Shown here in pieces: positions 48,860-59,668 of a DNA stretch of 64,000 nucleotides. Origin of the DNA: Pyrodictiaceae archaeon. Lineage in GTDB: Archaea; Thermoproteota; Thermoprotei_A; Sulfolobales; Pyrodictiaceae. The stretch's first letter is position 1. Every line of letters begins with the position of its first letter. The position numbers and the translations under genes were made by a program. The notes beneath the pieces were generated by a model. The model was not told where the DNA came from, did not search any database, and saw only the letters and a program-made list of their open reading frames with translations. The DNA lies in assembly GCA_027036135.1 (NCBI GenBank), contig JALVSY010000007.1, positions 452,880 through 516,879 of the forward strand, read 5' to 3'.

Positions 48860-49681
48860 ATGGCCAGAGAACCCCTCGTCTCAATAGTAATACCCACACT
48901 CAACTCCGAGAAAACCCTGCCACTAACGCTAGAATCCATAAAGAGGCAAACCTACAAAAACATAGAGGTAATAGTAGTTGATAGCTATAGTCAAGACAAT
49001 ACAGTAAAAATAGCAAGAAGATATGGGGCGAAAATTCTGCTAACCCGTGGAGGCTTGCTCTGGGCAAGATATATTGGCCACCTATACGCTAGGGGGAAGA
49101 TAGAACTCCTTCTCGACTCAGACCAAATACTCAGTCCCAAAACCATTGAAATCGGTGTAAATAAGTTATTGGCGGGCTATGACATGTTAATACTTGAGGA
49201 GCAGAGCTACAAGCCTCACACACTTGTACAATGGCTATTCTACATTGATAGAAAACACGTGCACGAAATAATGGATCTGAACCCGTTACACGGTGTGCTC
49301 CTGGCAAGGATGTATAAGTATTCTATCCTAGATAAAGCCTTTAAAAATATAAGACAGAAGCTTCCACTTTCAGTAATGTTTAGGTTAGTGTCTCAAGACC
49401 ATGCAATAATATACTACGAGGCCTGGAATATATCAAACAAAGTAGCATTAGTCAAGAATGCAGTCTACCACATAGAGCCCTCTACGCTAAAAAGCCTAGT
49501 AAGGAAATTCTACAGATATGGTAAAACAGAATATAGAGTGGGTAAGTACTATCACGAACTTGCTAAAAAAAGAACACCCAGAAAGATAGGGTTAACCCCA
49601 CAGTCATGGATTTCACTATTACTATGGTTTTTAAAAGCAGTACCATATATACTTGGAACACTAGCTAGTGTGGAACAATGA
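48860..49681 (+). CDS. GT2 glycosyltransferase
   Basis: VSIVIPTLN, VVDSYSQD, LLDSD. Confidence 0.92.
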   Translation: MAREPLVSIVIPTLNSEKTLPLTLESIKRQTYKNIEVIVVDSYSQDNTVKIARRYGAKILLTRGGLLWARYIGHLYARGKIELLLDSDQILSPKTIEIGVNKLLAGYDMLILEEQSYKPHTLVQWLFYIDRKHVHEIMDLNPLHGVLLARMYKYSILDKAFKNIRQKLPLSVMFRLVSQDHAIIYYEAWNISNKVALVKNAVYHIEPSTLKSLVRKFYRYGKTEYRVGKYYHELAKKRTPRKIGLTPQSWISLLLWFLKAVPYILGTLASVEQ

Positions 49682-50613
49682 CATATAATGATTATCCGCT
49701 AGTATCAGTAGTTATTCCAACTCATAATAGAAAAGATAAATTGATTAGACTCATAGATTCTCTCTTGAAATCCAATTATCCCAGAAATAAGCTCGAAATA
49801 ATAGTAGTTGACGATGCATCAACAGATGGTACATGCGATACTATTAGGCAATTATATCCGGAGGTGAAACTACGATGCAATGATGAGGAAAAATATGTTG
49901 CGGAGTCGCGTAATATTGGTATCAAGATATCTAGAGGAAAATACATATTTTTAATAGATGATGATAATATTGTAGACCCTAATACGATAAAAGAATTAGT
50001 AGAATTCATGGAAAAAAATCCGTATGTTGGTGTTGCCGCTCCGTTGATGTATTTTCTAAAAGATCCTAGAAGAATATGGTGCGCTGGAGTAAAAAGAAAT
50101 TATTGGTTAACGATTACAAAATATATTGGCTACGGTAAAATAGATGATGGAACAATAACTTCTCCTTATGAATCAGAGGATTTTCCTAATGCTTTTATGG
50201 TTAGGAAGGAAGTTATTGATAAGGTTGGTCTATTTAATTCGAAATTGTTTCCAATACATTATGAGGAGTCAGATTTTTGTCAACGTATACGAAAAGCTGG
50301 ATATAAGGTGATGCTTGTTCCTACCGCAAAAGTTTGGCATGATGTACCTTTACCAAGTACAAGATTTAATAATAGAGATAATAATAATAAATACATGAAT
50401 ATGACAAGAATATATTATACTGTAAGAAACAGAATAATATTTCATAGACTCTATAGTAAAAACATTTTGCAAAAGATAATTTCGGTATTGTCCGCTATAT
50501 CTATAATACTTCTACACTACACCCCTCGTATGTTGAGACATAATAGAAATAAGTTTAAGACATTTAGTACTATCCTGAAGGGTATTATAGATGGACTATT
50601 AATGAAATTATAA
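49678..50613 (+). CDS. GT2 glycosyltransferase
   Basis: VSVVIPTHN, VVDDASTD, IDDD, YEESDFC, VWHD. Confidence 0.93.
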   Translation: MTYNDYPLVSVVIPTHNRKDKLIRLIDSLLKSNYPRNKLEIIVVDDASTDGTCDTIRQLYPEVKLRCNDEEKYVAESRNIGIKISRGKYIFLIDDDNIVDPNTIKELVEFMEKNPYVGVAAPLMYFLKDPRRIWCAGVKRNYWLTITKYIGYGKIDDGTITSPYESEDFPNAFMVRKEVIDKVGLFNSKLFPIHYEESDFCQRIRKAGYKVMLVPTAKVWHDVPLPSTRFNNRDNNNKYMNMTRIYYTVRNRIIFHRLYSKNILQKIISVLSAISIILLHYTPRMLRHNRNKFKTFSTILKGIIDGLLMKL

Positions 50614-50632
50614 TACAAGAATAAGATTAATC

Positions 50633-53311
50633 ATGAAAAGAAATATATTAATTAGCAAATATCATAGCATTATTATCTTGTTATTGATTAGTACTATAGC
50701 TATAATAGTAATTCATTGGAAAGTATTTGAAAGTTATGCTTGGCCTAAAGTAGTACTGATAACAGATAAAATAGGAATATTTACTAAAATAGCGCTAATT
50801 TTAGGAATTAATCCTATAAGATTTAAAGAGATTTTATATATGTTATTTGATTTTATTTCATTATTAATAATTATTTTATCTATTAGAAAATTTAATGTTA
50901 GATTTAATATATTAAGTATTATTACAATGCTGGCTGCTCTGCTCTATTTTGTGTTCTATCCATATAATAGGCTTATGGATGCGTGCTTCAGAGGCTTATA
51001 TGTATTAATGACATTAGGATCTTCATTATCAATTTATGCATTAATATCTATAATAAGCGATAAAAATATAAAACAAACCATAAAGGATTCGTTTATATAT
51101 TCTTTGTTTTTACTTATAGTATTCATTACGGTAGGACAGTGGGATCCTAGGATATTTCTTTATCCATTAATAATTATATTATCTATTACTATAATACAAT
51201 TCATAATACTGATAATCAGTAGATATGTAAAATTCTTTATTAAATCCCTAATATTTATTGTACCTCTTACTATATTGCTTTATGCAGTAGGAAAAATTAG
51301 AATGAAGCTGGCAGAGTCAATATCACCTATAGTACCGTTTAACTTAAATGCATTTCTTGGCTTCTATGATGTATTTCACTTAACTTCAGGAACTTCATGG
51401 ATTTTAGTGAATAAGCCTTCTTTAACTTTAATTCATGTGGCTTCATTATTGCTTACAGTTGATTTATTATTGATCATATTGTTCCTTACAGTAATGCATT
51501 CTGTAGATGAACAAATTTATAATATAAGAGCATATATATATGCTCTTATATTAATATATATAAGTATTATGATATTTGAATTAAATATACATAATGTAGT
51601 CAAATTTTTCTTAATGAATAGAGAAGATGGATTTTTATTTGCTAAATTATCTATTATAAAATATATATTATTAATGTTTAGGGTACCAAGATTTATGGAC
51701 TTTACTAATAAAACAATTATAACAACACTAATTATACTAGCTGGCTACCTAATATCTAAGGTAAACAAAATATCTGAATCAAGTACAAGGATAAATGCTA
51801 TATTAATACTAATTATGATAATATCATTGTCTCTAGCCTTGTGTAATGGATTTATGTTAAGGCCGCTTATAAATAGAGGAGCTATATTTAATCCAAACCC
51901 GAAATCAATAACTTTCTTAGGTATACCTAGCAAGATACTGACCAGGAGCTTTCCTATTGCTGATTGGAATAAGGAGAAAATATTGCTTAACTCTTTCTTA
52001 TTCGGTAAAATAAAGATTGGTTCATTACAGCTCTATGATCATGGGGTAATACCAATAGAGTTTAAGCCATATGCAGATAAATTTATAAGGGCTGGATTTT
52101 TTGTTAAAATTGTGCGCCTACATAAATTTTTTGCTGTTGTGCTGCTTAATAGGACATTGTTATATGGCCGACCAATTCTTATACCGCAGGGACTTTATCT
52201 AGGAAGTATTGTCTGGTCAAAAGGTTATGTACCAATATACCTGGATCAAATAATTCCAAGAAGATATGCTAAGGAACTTATAAATTTGCATTTGCCAATA
52301 GTTATATATAAAAATAAATATATTATAGAAAAGAACTTAGCCGTATGGCTTCTACTAAATAGAGTAGTAGATATTAATAACTCTAACTTGATTATATTGG
52401 TTCCTTCAAAATATACTACATGTTTTATTTCTAGCCTTACCTGTTGGAGTCCGGGCTTTATAGGGGATCCGCATCAAGGAATATTCTATGAACCAGGAAA
52501 CTATGAATATGATTATACGTATAAATTAAATTGGGGAGTTATTCAGGGAAGAGACGTTTATAAACCATTTATTATGCACTTTTTCTCCAAGAGGACAGGT
52601 AACTATATAATATTGTTAAGACTCATGAGTACTGGTAAAGGAATATTAGATATTTATATTGATAATATGAAATATAGTTTAGCTATAAATAGGACAGAAA
52701 CTATTGATTCCCGATTAGGATTTATATGGTTTAATATATCCAATGTTACAATTCAGAAAGGTATACATACTTTAAGAATATACTGGATTTCTAGAAATAA
52801 AAATCATCCAACTATATATATAAATTTAGTATTAATAATTCCGAGAAAATTATGGCAACAAGCATTTGAGTATGCCATGAAGTATATAGAGAAATATGGG
52901 ATTAATATGATAAATTTACAAAAATTCTTTAAAAAATCTCAAATACATATAAAGGAAAGTATAGAAAATTATCCATTTATTGGTAAAAAGATAATTATTA
53001 AAATAACAGTATTTAACGCAAATATTTCTCCAATAGCATTTGATACCAGAATACTATGGGGTTATACCTTAAGAGTGCATGGTAGCGGAACTCGTATCAT
53101 ACTATCAGTTCCTATAGATTACGTAAAAGCAGGTATACTGGTTGTTCCTTATTCAAAGAATTTTAGTATTTACATCGAAGGCTATGAAGGCTACACGACT
53201 CCGAAAGGCTTATTAGAGATACTTTTTGCTGATATTGCAACAGTAGTATTACTTTATTTTATCTTTACAGAAGCTTATAAGATAAAACGGTATTCGATAA
53301 AATATAAGTAG
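50633..53311 (+). CDS. Large polytopic membrane protein, GT-C-like N-half and beta-rich extracellular C-half
   Basis: About 10 hydrophobic segments, FRVPRF motif, soluble C-half, terminal TM with basic tail; very AT-rich. Confidence 0.65.
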   Translation: MKRNILISKYHSIIILLLISTIAIIVIHWKVFESYAWPKVVLITDKIGIFTKIALILGINPIRFKEILYMLFDFISLLIIILSIRKFNVRFNILSIITMLAALLYFVFYPYNRLMDACFRGLYVLMTLGSSLSIYALISIISDKNIKQTIKDSFIYSLFLLIVFITVGQWDPRIFLYPLIIILSITIIQFIILIISRYVKFFIKSLIFIVPLTILLYAVGKIRMKLAESISPIVPFNLNAFLGFYDVFHLTSGTSWILVNKPSLTLIHVASLLLTVDLLLIILFLTVMHSVDEQIYNIRAYIYALILIYISIMIFELNIHNVVKFFLMNREDGFLFAKLSIIKYILLMFRVPRFMDFTNKTIITTLIILAGYLISKVNKISESSTRINAILILIMIISLSLALCNGFMLRPLINRGAIFNPNPKSITFLGIPSKILTRSFPIADWNKEKILLNSFLFGKIKIGSLQLYDHGVIPIEFKPYADKFIRAGFFVKIVRLHKFFAVVLLNRTLLYGRPILIPQGLYLGSIVWSKGYVPIYLDQIIPRRYAKELINLHLPIVIYKNKYIIEKNLAVWLLLNRVVDINNSNLIILVPSKYTTCFISSLTCWSPGFIGDPHQGIFYEPGNYEYDYTYKLNWGVIQGRDVYKPFIMHFFSKRTGNYIILLRLMSTGKGILDIYIDNMKYSLAINRTETIDSRLGFIWFNISNVTIQKGIHTLRIYWISRNKNHPTIYINLVLIIPRKLWQQAFEYAMKYIEKYGINMINLQKFFKKSQIHIKESIENYPFIGKKIIIKITVFNANISPIAFDTRILWGYTLRVHGSGTRIILSVPIDYVKAGILVVPYSKNFSIYIEGYEGYTTPKGLLEILFADIATVVLLYFIFTEAYKIKRYSIKYK

Positions 53312-53367
53312 TGTGTGCAAACATGGTTATTAGAATATAAAATATAAAGACGATTAGGATGAAATAG

Positions 53368-54600
53368 ATGATGAGTAGATCGGGTAGAGACGAGAGTTCA
53401 TCAATATGTAGGAGGATGGTGAAGGGTCACCCTATAATTATTTATGTTTCTCCATTTAAGCCTGAACCAGGTTCTGAGTATCACGAGTATTTTGTTAGAA
53501 CACTTAGGAAACATGGAGTGCCAGTAATAGTACTTGCTGGTATACCTAGGTCTGAAGATTATAAAAAGAAATATGGTTCCATTGAAAAATACGGTAATAT
53601 TATAGTTTTTAGATCGTTCTGGGCCCCTAGGATACAGTCGATGAAAACATTTTTTTCAAGTATAAAATATGCCGTGTTATCGTTAAGATCTTTAATAAGG
53701 GTAATAGGTATTGCTAAAAAGCTCTCGTCATCTGTAATAGTTATTTTTAATTATGGAGCTACCAGGGAACCAGGTATTATATTAGGTGAGCACCACCCCT
53801 TAGGTATGCTTCTTGCAAGGCTTGCTGGCGCAAAGGTTGTATGGATTATACATAACTTTCTAACAACTACCCAATTAAAGAGAGAGGTTAGAGAACATGG
53901 CCTTCCTAGGTTAATTAGTCTCTTTGTTATACTTTATTATATTTTTATTAATAAACTTGCGGCCATATCTTCGCATAAAATAGTAGTTCTTGTAAACGGT
54001 CCGAATGCATACATAACGGAGTATTTTAAAGAGATACTAAAAGAAAAGAGAAAGGTTATTGAAGAGGTTCATCCTGTATTTATGGATAATAATATAAATA
54101 TAAATAATAGTGCTAATAGTATATTAAGTAATATATATAATAAAAAGTCTTATATATTAATAGGATGTATAGGATATATAAGACGAGGAAAAGGATATCA
54201 TGTTTTATTAGATTGGCTTAGAAAGCTTAAGAATAAAAATTATGATCTTTATCTTAAATTGAGGGTTCTTATTGCCGGATTTGTTGCAGATAAAAGAGAT
54301 ATAGCTAACTTACAGTATATTATAGAGCTTATAAAAATGAAAAAAAGATATAAATTAAATAATGTTATATTTTTATTAAATAATTTAACTGATGAGGAAT
54401 TTAAAAAGTTAATTAGTATTAGTGATGTAATCTGGTGCGCTTACGAGAAAGATTATGGTCCTAGCGGAATATTAGCATGGGCCAAAGGATACAAGAAAAG
54501 AGTTATTATAAATAACTCTTCAATTTGGGCAGGAGAAGAGCCGACTAAGATCAATACATTTAGTGAGCATGTAAGCAGAATATTAGAGAGCCTTGATTAA
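53368..54600 (+). CDS. GT4-like glycosyltransferase
   Basis: GYIRRGKG, LIAG, SGILAWA; GT-B layout. Confidence 0.8.
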   Translation: MMSRSGRDESSSICRRMVKGHPIIIYVSPFKPEPGSEYHEYFVRTLRKHGVPVIVLAGIPRSEDYKKKYGSIEKYGNIIVFRSFWAPRIQSMKTFFSSIKYAVLSLRSLIRVIGIAKKLSSSVIVIFNYGATREPGIILGEHHPLGMLLARLAGAKVVWIIHNFLTTTQLKREVREHGLPRLISLFVILYYIFINKLAAISSHKIVVLVNGPNAYITEYFKEILKEKRKVIEEVHPVFMDNNININNSANSILSNIYNKKSYILIGCIGYIRRGKGYHVLLDWLRKLKNKNYDLYLKLRVLIAGFVADKRDIANLQYIIELIKMKKRYKLNNVIFLLNNLTDEEFKKLISISDVIWCAYEKDYGPSGILAWAKGYKKRVIINNSSIWAGEEPTKINTFSEHVSRILESLD

Positions 54601-55738
54601 ATTTAGGCTTTCAACTTCTTCCTATAATATAAGGATTATTGTGCTTGTTGTTACTTATAATTCTGTGGGTTTTGTTGGAAGGCTTTGTGGCTCTATTCTT
54701 TCCCAGGATTATGATTTGTCGCGTGTCTTGGTCGTTGTTGTTGATAATGGATCTGTTGATGGTACTGTTGAGGAGTTTTTGAGGTGTCTGGAGAAGGGCA
54801 GTGTTAACTATGTTGTTGTTAAGCTTGGTAGGAACTTGGGGTTTACTCCTGCTAATAATGTTGGCTTGGCTCTGGCTAGCAGGGTTTTGGGCGGGTTTGG
54901 TGACAAAGTTGTTCTCTTGTTGAATCCTGATACTTATTTGCTTGATAAAGGGTTTTTCCGCGTAGTTGATAGGGTTTCCAGCGCTTTACCTGTGGTGGGG
55001 TTTGCTACTGTTTCGGGCGAGGGCGGTGAGGTTGTTGATAGTATAGGTATGTTTGTTGATTTTCTTGGGAATCCGCAGGACTTGTTCTGCTGTGTTAGGT
55101 TTACTCCTAGGCTTCGTAGGCTGGTTCTCGATGTTCTTCCTCGGCTTTGCTTGGTCCCGCTTGTTTGTTTCGCGGCTGTTGCTATACGTGGTGATGTTAT
55201 CTCTAGGCTTGGTTTTTTGAGGAATGACTACGTGATGTACTTTGATGATACTGAGTATTGTCTCCGGTTGTGGAGTAGCGGTGTTCCTGTGGCCGTGTAT
55301 AGGGGGTTTATGGTTTGGCATGCTCGTGGGGGGACGCAGAGGAGCCGAGGAGATCCTAGGGGTAGGAGCGACCAAGTATTCATGGACATACCTTATCATT
55401 TCGCGAAGAACAACTTGTTGCTAGTATATGAGTATCTTGGGCCTATTCGCTATTTTCTGCGGCTTCTGCTCTACGGAGTAATAGGAGCCATTTGGCGTAG
55501 GAGATACCTAGCGTTCGCGATCACTGATAGCATAAGACTTATAGTTAAGAGAGGGGTCCGGAGAAGGAGGCTCCCGAGGGGCCTTGTACCATTCAGTCCC
55601 AGGACGTGGACGCTCCTATGGGCGTTGAAATATTTTATAAGGTATCCGGCGAGAGGACTGAGCGAAGCAATATCCTATGGAACCAAGAGGGCCTCACTAG
55701 AATATATAAGGCTTCGTGTCTTGAAAAGACTTCGCTGA
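54593..55738 (+). CDS. GT2 glycosyltransferase (rhamnosyltransferase-like)
   Basis: VVTYN, VVDNGSVDG, NLGF..ANN, LLNPD, YFDDTEYC, WH. Confidence 0.92.
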   Translation: MIKFRLSTSSYNIRIIVLVVTYNSVGFVGRLCGSILSQDYDLSRVLVVVVDNGSVDGTVEEFLRCLEKGSVNYVVVKLGRNLGFTPANNVGLALASRVLGGFGDKVVLLLNPDTYLLDKGFFRVVDRVSSALPVVGFATVSGEGGEVVDSIGMFVDFLGNPQDLFCCVRFTPRLRRLVLDVLPRLCLVPLVCFAAVAIRGDVISRLGFLRNDYVMYFDDTEYCLRLWSSGVPVAVYRGFMVWHARGGTQRSRGDPRGRSDQVFMDIPYHFAKNNLLLVYEYLGPIRYFLRLLLYGVIGAIWRRRYLAFAITDSIRLIVKRGVRRRRLPRGLVPFSPRTWTLLWALKYFIRYPARGLSEAISYGTKRASLEYIRLRVLKRLR

Positions 55739-56701
55739 AGCCTAGAAGCATTTTATATTATGCTAGTTTACATGTAGACTAATGTATCTTTTGATATATT
55801 TAATACCAATTTAGCGCTGTAAAGACTTGATAAAACAAAAGGTAATAATGAAGAATATATTATGTTTTATCTTTCCATACCCCTATAATAATAATGTACC
55901 TTGTCATACTGATATTATTATTATGATTTTTATTGAAAATAAGAGAAGCAGGTGATATTTTCCCGCCCCCTCTTGTAGCCACTCATAGCAGGGATTCAAG
56001 CTTGTGGGTTTGGAGACCGAGTGTCTCTATTGTGTACTTCTACGTTGTTAAGCATGGGGTATAGTTTTGCTAAACACGGTGATAAAGGTTCTGTCATAGT
56101 TTTATATGTTCGCTGATAACAGAATAGATTAATTAAATGGTAGACAACGTCCTCCACTATTTTTCTTAAGTGGCTTAGCCCGGGGCCGTCTGCTTCTCCT
56201 CGGCAACCACTTTTTAGGAGATGTTCTTAGAGACGTTCTTAAGGATAAGCGGATGCTATCTAGGGCAATTAGTTATGATTATGAGAAGGAGATGTTAACG
56301 AAGAGGAAGTATAAAGTCTCCTGCTCCGAAGTTGATGAAATTCTGTGTAAATACTTGGCTTGGAGAAAGATTCTTGCGAGTATTGCAATAAAACCGATAA
56401 ATATTCATCATCTAATTCTATAATATTGTTTGACTAGGCGAGGGAAGGCGTGTTCAGAGCTTGAGCCTAGAGGAGTCATTCTTAATATCGACCTTATGTA
56501 GAGGTAGGTAAGGACGCGTATCTAAGCGGGAGGGAGTGATTAGTAAGCTGGACGGGGATCTAGTGATGCATGCACGGCTCATGGAGCCTCATACAGCTAC
56601 AGGATACATTTAAAGTAGAAGGGATTATCATGGCTATACAGCTGGCTTTGCAACACTGCTAAAGGGGCCCAGAGGACTCAGGAGGTGGCAAGGATTTAGC
56701 T

Positions 56702-58201
56702 ATGAGCAGGGGACTCGCTACCGCACTACAGAGGATAGTTAAGGGTTCTGGATTAGTGCTTGCCGGGGCTCTCGTAGCCCTAGTTCTTAACTTCTTTAGC
56801 AAGCTTATTCTTGCTAGGGGCTTCTCGGTATCCGATTATGGTGTGTTCAACCTTGCTATAGCTGTTCTTAGCTTCTTGGGCCTCCTTGTTGCTCTGGGTC
56901 TTCCTGAGGGTGTTGCGAGAGAGGTGTCTTATTACAGGGTCAAGGATCCTGGGAGAGTAGAGAGTATTGTATCGATGTCGTTTTTCTTGGCCTTGGTTGC
57001 GGGTGTTGTTGGAGGTGTTTCTCTGTTCTTTACCTCGGGTGTGCTGGCTGGGTTTCTCCGTGTGCCTATGCTCTCGTTTGCGCTTCGTGCTCTCTCGTTT
57101 GCTCTCCCATTCCAGGCCTTGCTTACTTTGGTAGTTTCTGTTGCTAGAGGTTTTGGGAGAGTTAGAGAAAAGATATTCTTTCAAGATATCGGTGTCTCGT
57201 TGTTCTGGCTCTTGGGACTCCTTTTCGTCTATTTTGTTAGTCTTCCCTTCTGCTACGTGTTCGTGGCGTATGTGGCGGCGTATGCTTTGTCCCTTGCTGC
57301 TCTCTTGGCTTATGAGAGGAGCCGGGGGCTGCTGAGCCTTGGTCTTGTATTTGACCCAGGGCTTGCTGCTAGGCTCTTATCGTTCTCCTTGCCTCTCCTC
57401 TTCACGGGTGTCATGGGCTTTGTCATGAACTGGACTGATACCTTGATGCTTGGTTATCTTCGGGGTCCTCGCGTGGTTGGTGTGTATAATGCTGCTGCTC
57501 CTCTTGCTAGGCTTTTAACGGTGCCTATAGGGGTTGCTGGCTTCATGTTTCTCCCCGTGGTTTCCGAGCTGTATGCTCGTGGCGAGATGAGTGAGCTTCG
57601 GAGGGTTTACCAGGTTGTGGCTAAGTGGCTTTTCCTGGTTTCTCTTCCGCTCTTTGCGGCGTATGTGTTGTTCCCTGGGCTCGTTGTATCGGTGGTTTTT
57701 GGTGCTAGGTATATTGGTGGTTCTGTGGCGCTTGTTGTTCTCTCGCTGGGCTTCATATTCCATGTCTTAATGGGTCTTAATGGTATGAGCTTGGTAGCGC
57801 TTGGCGAGACTAGGCTTATAGCTCTCTATAACCTAGTGGCGGCTCTTCTCAACGTGGTACTGAATGCTCTGCTCATACCTGTCTATGGCATTGTTGGTGC
57901 TGCTGCTGCTACGGCGGCCTCATATATATTGGGGAACACGTTGTCAACATTGAGGCTCTATAAAGAGTATAGAGTTCAGCCCTTTTACGCTAGCTATGTG
58001 AAAACCTTGGGGATTGCATTCCTGTTGCTAATTGCGTTGAAGGCACTAAGTATGAGGGCGCCTGGATGGTTAGGTGCAGGCCTCTATATCTCTTTATATA
58101 TGATATTCTTTCTCTTACTCCTTGTGGTCACGAGAAGTATTGATAGAGAGGATGTAGAATTACTTCGAGTATTAAGGGGGGTCTTAGCTCAAAAGTTTTA
58201 G
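56702..58201 (+). CDS. Wzx/MOP-superfamily oligosaccharide flippase
   Basis: YGVF, TDTLMLG, VGVYNAA, LIPVYGIVGAAAAT; about 14 TMs. Confidence 0.93.
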   Translation: MSRGLATALQRIVKGSGLVLAGALVALVLNFFSKLILARGFSVSDYGVFNLAIAVLSFLGLLVALGLPEGVAREVSYYRVKDPGRVESIVSMSFFLALVAGVVGGVSLFFTSGVLAGFLRVPMLSFALRALSFALPFQALLTLVVSVARGFGRVREKIFFQDIGVSLFWLLGLLFVYFVSLPFCYVFVAYVAAYALSLAALLAYERSRGLLSLGLVFDPGLAARLLSFSLPLLFTGVMGFVMNWTDTLMLGYLRGPRVVGVYNAAAPLARLLTVPIGVAGFMFLPVVSELYARGEMSELRRVYQVVAKWLFLVSLPLFAAYVLFPGLVVSVVFGARYIGGSVALVVLSLGFIFHVLMGLNGMSLVALGETRLIALYNLVAALLNVVLNALLIPVYGIVGAAAATAASYILGNTLSTLRLYKEYRVQPFYASYVKTLGIAFLLLIALKALSMRAPGWLGAGLYISLYMIFFLLLLVVTRSIDREDVELLRVLRGVLAQKF

Positions 58202-58447
58202 TCTCTTCGTTCTTGCAGACAAGCGTGCATAGTGTCGGAGACTGTGAGATGGTGAGACCTTGTTTCACGATTTTATCTTTTGGGAATTATATTGGGTTAT
58301 TTGTGCATTTGTGGCCTTATACTAGGCGTAAAGGTTTTCGGTTGAGGGACGGATTTTTATGCTGTCTTTAATTCTGTGCGGCGGAGGACTTGTATGGGCT
58401 GTTATGTATGTAGTGCTTAGTAGTCTTGGTGCTGGTTTGGTTATGCC

Positions 58448-59668
58448 ATGGGGGGTGGGTTCATGAGGATAGCGCATGTGGTGCAACGCTATAGGCCTGC
58501 TTCCTTAACGGGCTCTGAGCGCTATATAGATGCATTAACAATTTATATGCTGGCTAGGGGTCACAAGGTTGACGTATATACTTCCACGGCTCTAGACTGG
58601 TGCAGGCTTTTCGTCCCCTTCGGGCAAGCACTCCCGCAGGGCGTCGAGGATTATGGTTACTTGAGAATTGTGAGGCTCAAACCCAGCTACTTCAAGCAAC
58701 TCACATCAACGGCGCTCTGCCTCCTATTGAAATTACCTCTCCCCTGTTTTCTCCGCGGCCCTAGGCTATCTAGTCTATCTAGCTTGATGCTAGAGGATTA
58801 CGACATTATTGGAGTAACCCCTGCCCCTTTCCCATATTTACTGGATACGCTGCGGGCTGCGAGGAGAATCGGCGCAGGGCTTGTAGTAATGCCTTTTATG
58901 CACTTTGATCTAAGAGAATACCGTAACCCTTACCTGCTCTCAGTTATTGGTGCAGCCGACGCTGTTATTGCCGCAACTCCCTGCGAGGCAAAAATATTGA
59001 TGCGCGTATATGGCGCTAGGAGGGTCCGGGTTGTTGAGCCTGGTTTATGGATTAGAGAGTGGCTTCAAGGCATGCCGGGTAGAGAGGAGGCAAGGCTCAA
59101 GCTCGGTCTAGGAGAGGACGAATTCGTTATCTTACTTCCCCATAGGGCACGGGCTAAGGGGGCCTACCACGTGCTCGAGGCAGCAACGATCGTTGCGAGG
59201 AAGGGTATTCCAATCAGTGTCCTTGTCTTCGGCTTTGTTAAAGACAAGGGATTCGAGAGGCTAAAACGCCTAGCAACTATTAACGGTGTTAAAGTAAAGG
59301 ATCTCGGAGCCGTTGATGAAGTAACGAAGAAGATCCTATACGCGGCAAGCGATATATTAGCGCAACCATCCATAGCTGATTCCTTCGGAATAGTGTACCT
59401 AGAGGCATGGGCAGCGCGGAAACCAGTAATAGCAGCTGATACCCTTGCCATGAAGTGTGTCGTGAGGCATGGTGTTGATGGTTTCCGCGTACCTTTTGGA
59501 AACGTTAAGGCACTAGCAGAGAAGTTTCTAAGACTAGCACTTGACCCGGGGCTCAGAGAGCAAATGGGTGAAGCAGGCTATAGGAAGGTTATAAGGCGAT
59601 ACGATTGGAGGATAATTGGTAAGAGAATGGAGGAAGTATACTATGAAGTCGCATCCTCGGCTCAATGA
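58448..59668 (+). CDS. GT4 glycosyltransferase
   Basis: GSERY, KG, DSFGIVYLEAWAARKPVI. Confidence 0.92.
   Translation: MGGGFMRIAHVVQRYRPASLTGSERYIDALTIYMLARGHKVDVYTSTALDWCRLFVPFGQALPQGVEDYGYLRIVRLKPSYFKQLTSTALCLLLKLPLPCFLRGPRLSSLSSLMLEDYDIIGVTPAPFPYLLDTLRAARRIGAGLVVMPFMHFDLREYRNPYLLSVIGAADAVIAATPCEAKILMRVYGARRVRVVEPGLWIREWLQGMPGREEARLKLGLGEDEFVILLPHRARAKGAYHVLEAATIVARKGIPISVLVFGFVKDKGFERLKRLATINGVKVKDLGAVDEVTKKILYAASDILAQPSIADSFGIVYLEAWAARKPVIAADTLAMKCVVRHGVDGFRVPFGNVKALAEKFLRLALDPGLREQMGEAGYRKVIRRYDWRIIGKRMEEVYYEVASSAQ

Noticed and set aside
36168-48860. Integron-like cassette array with attC sites
   Set aside because: No integrase and no recurring RYYYAAC...GTTRRRY hairpins were found between genes.
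55740-56700. About 1 kb gap with short ORF fragments (e.g. about 56 aa from 56253)
   Set aside because: Probably gene debris, but no family, repeat or RNA structure could be supported.
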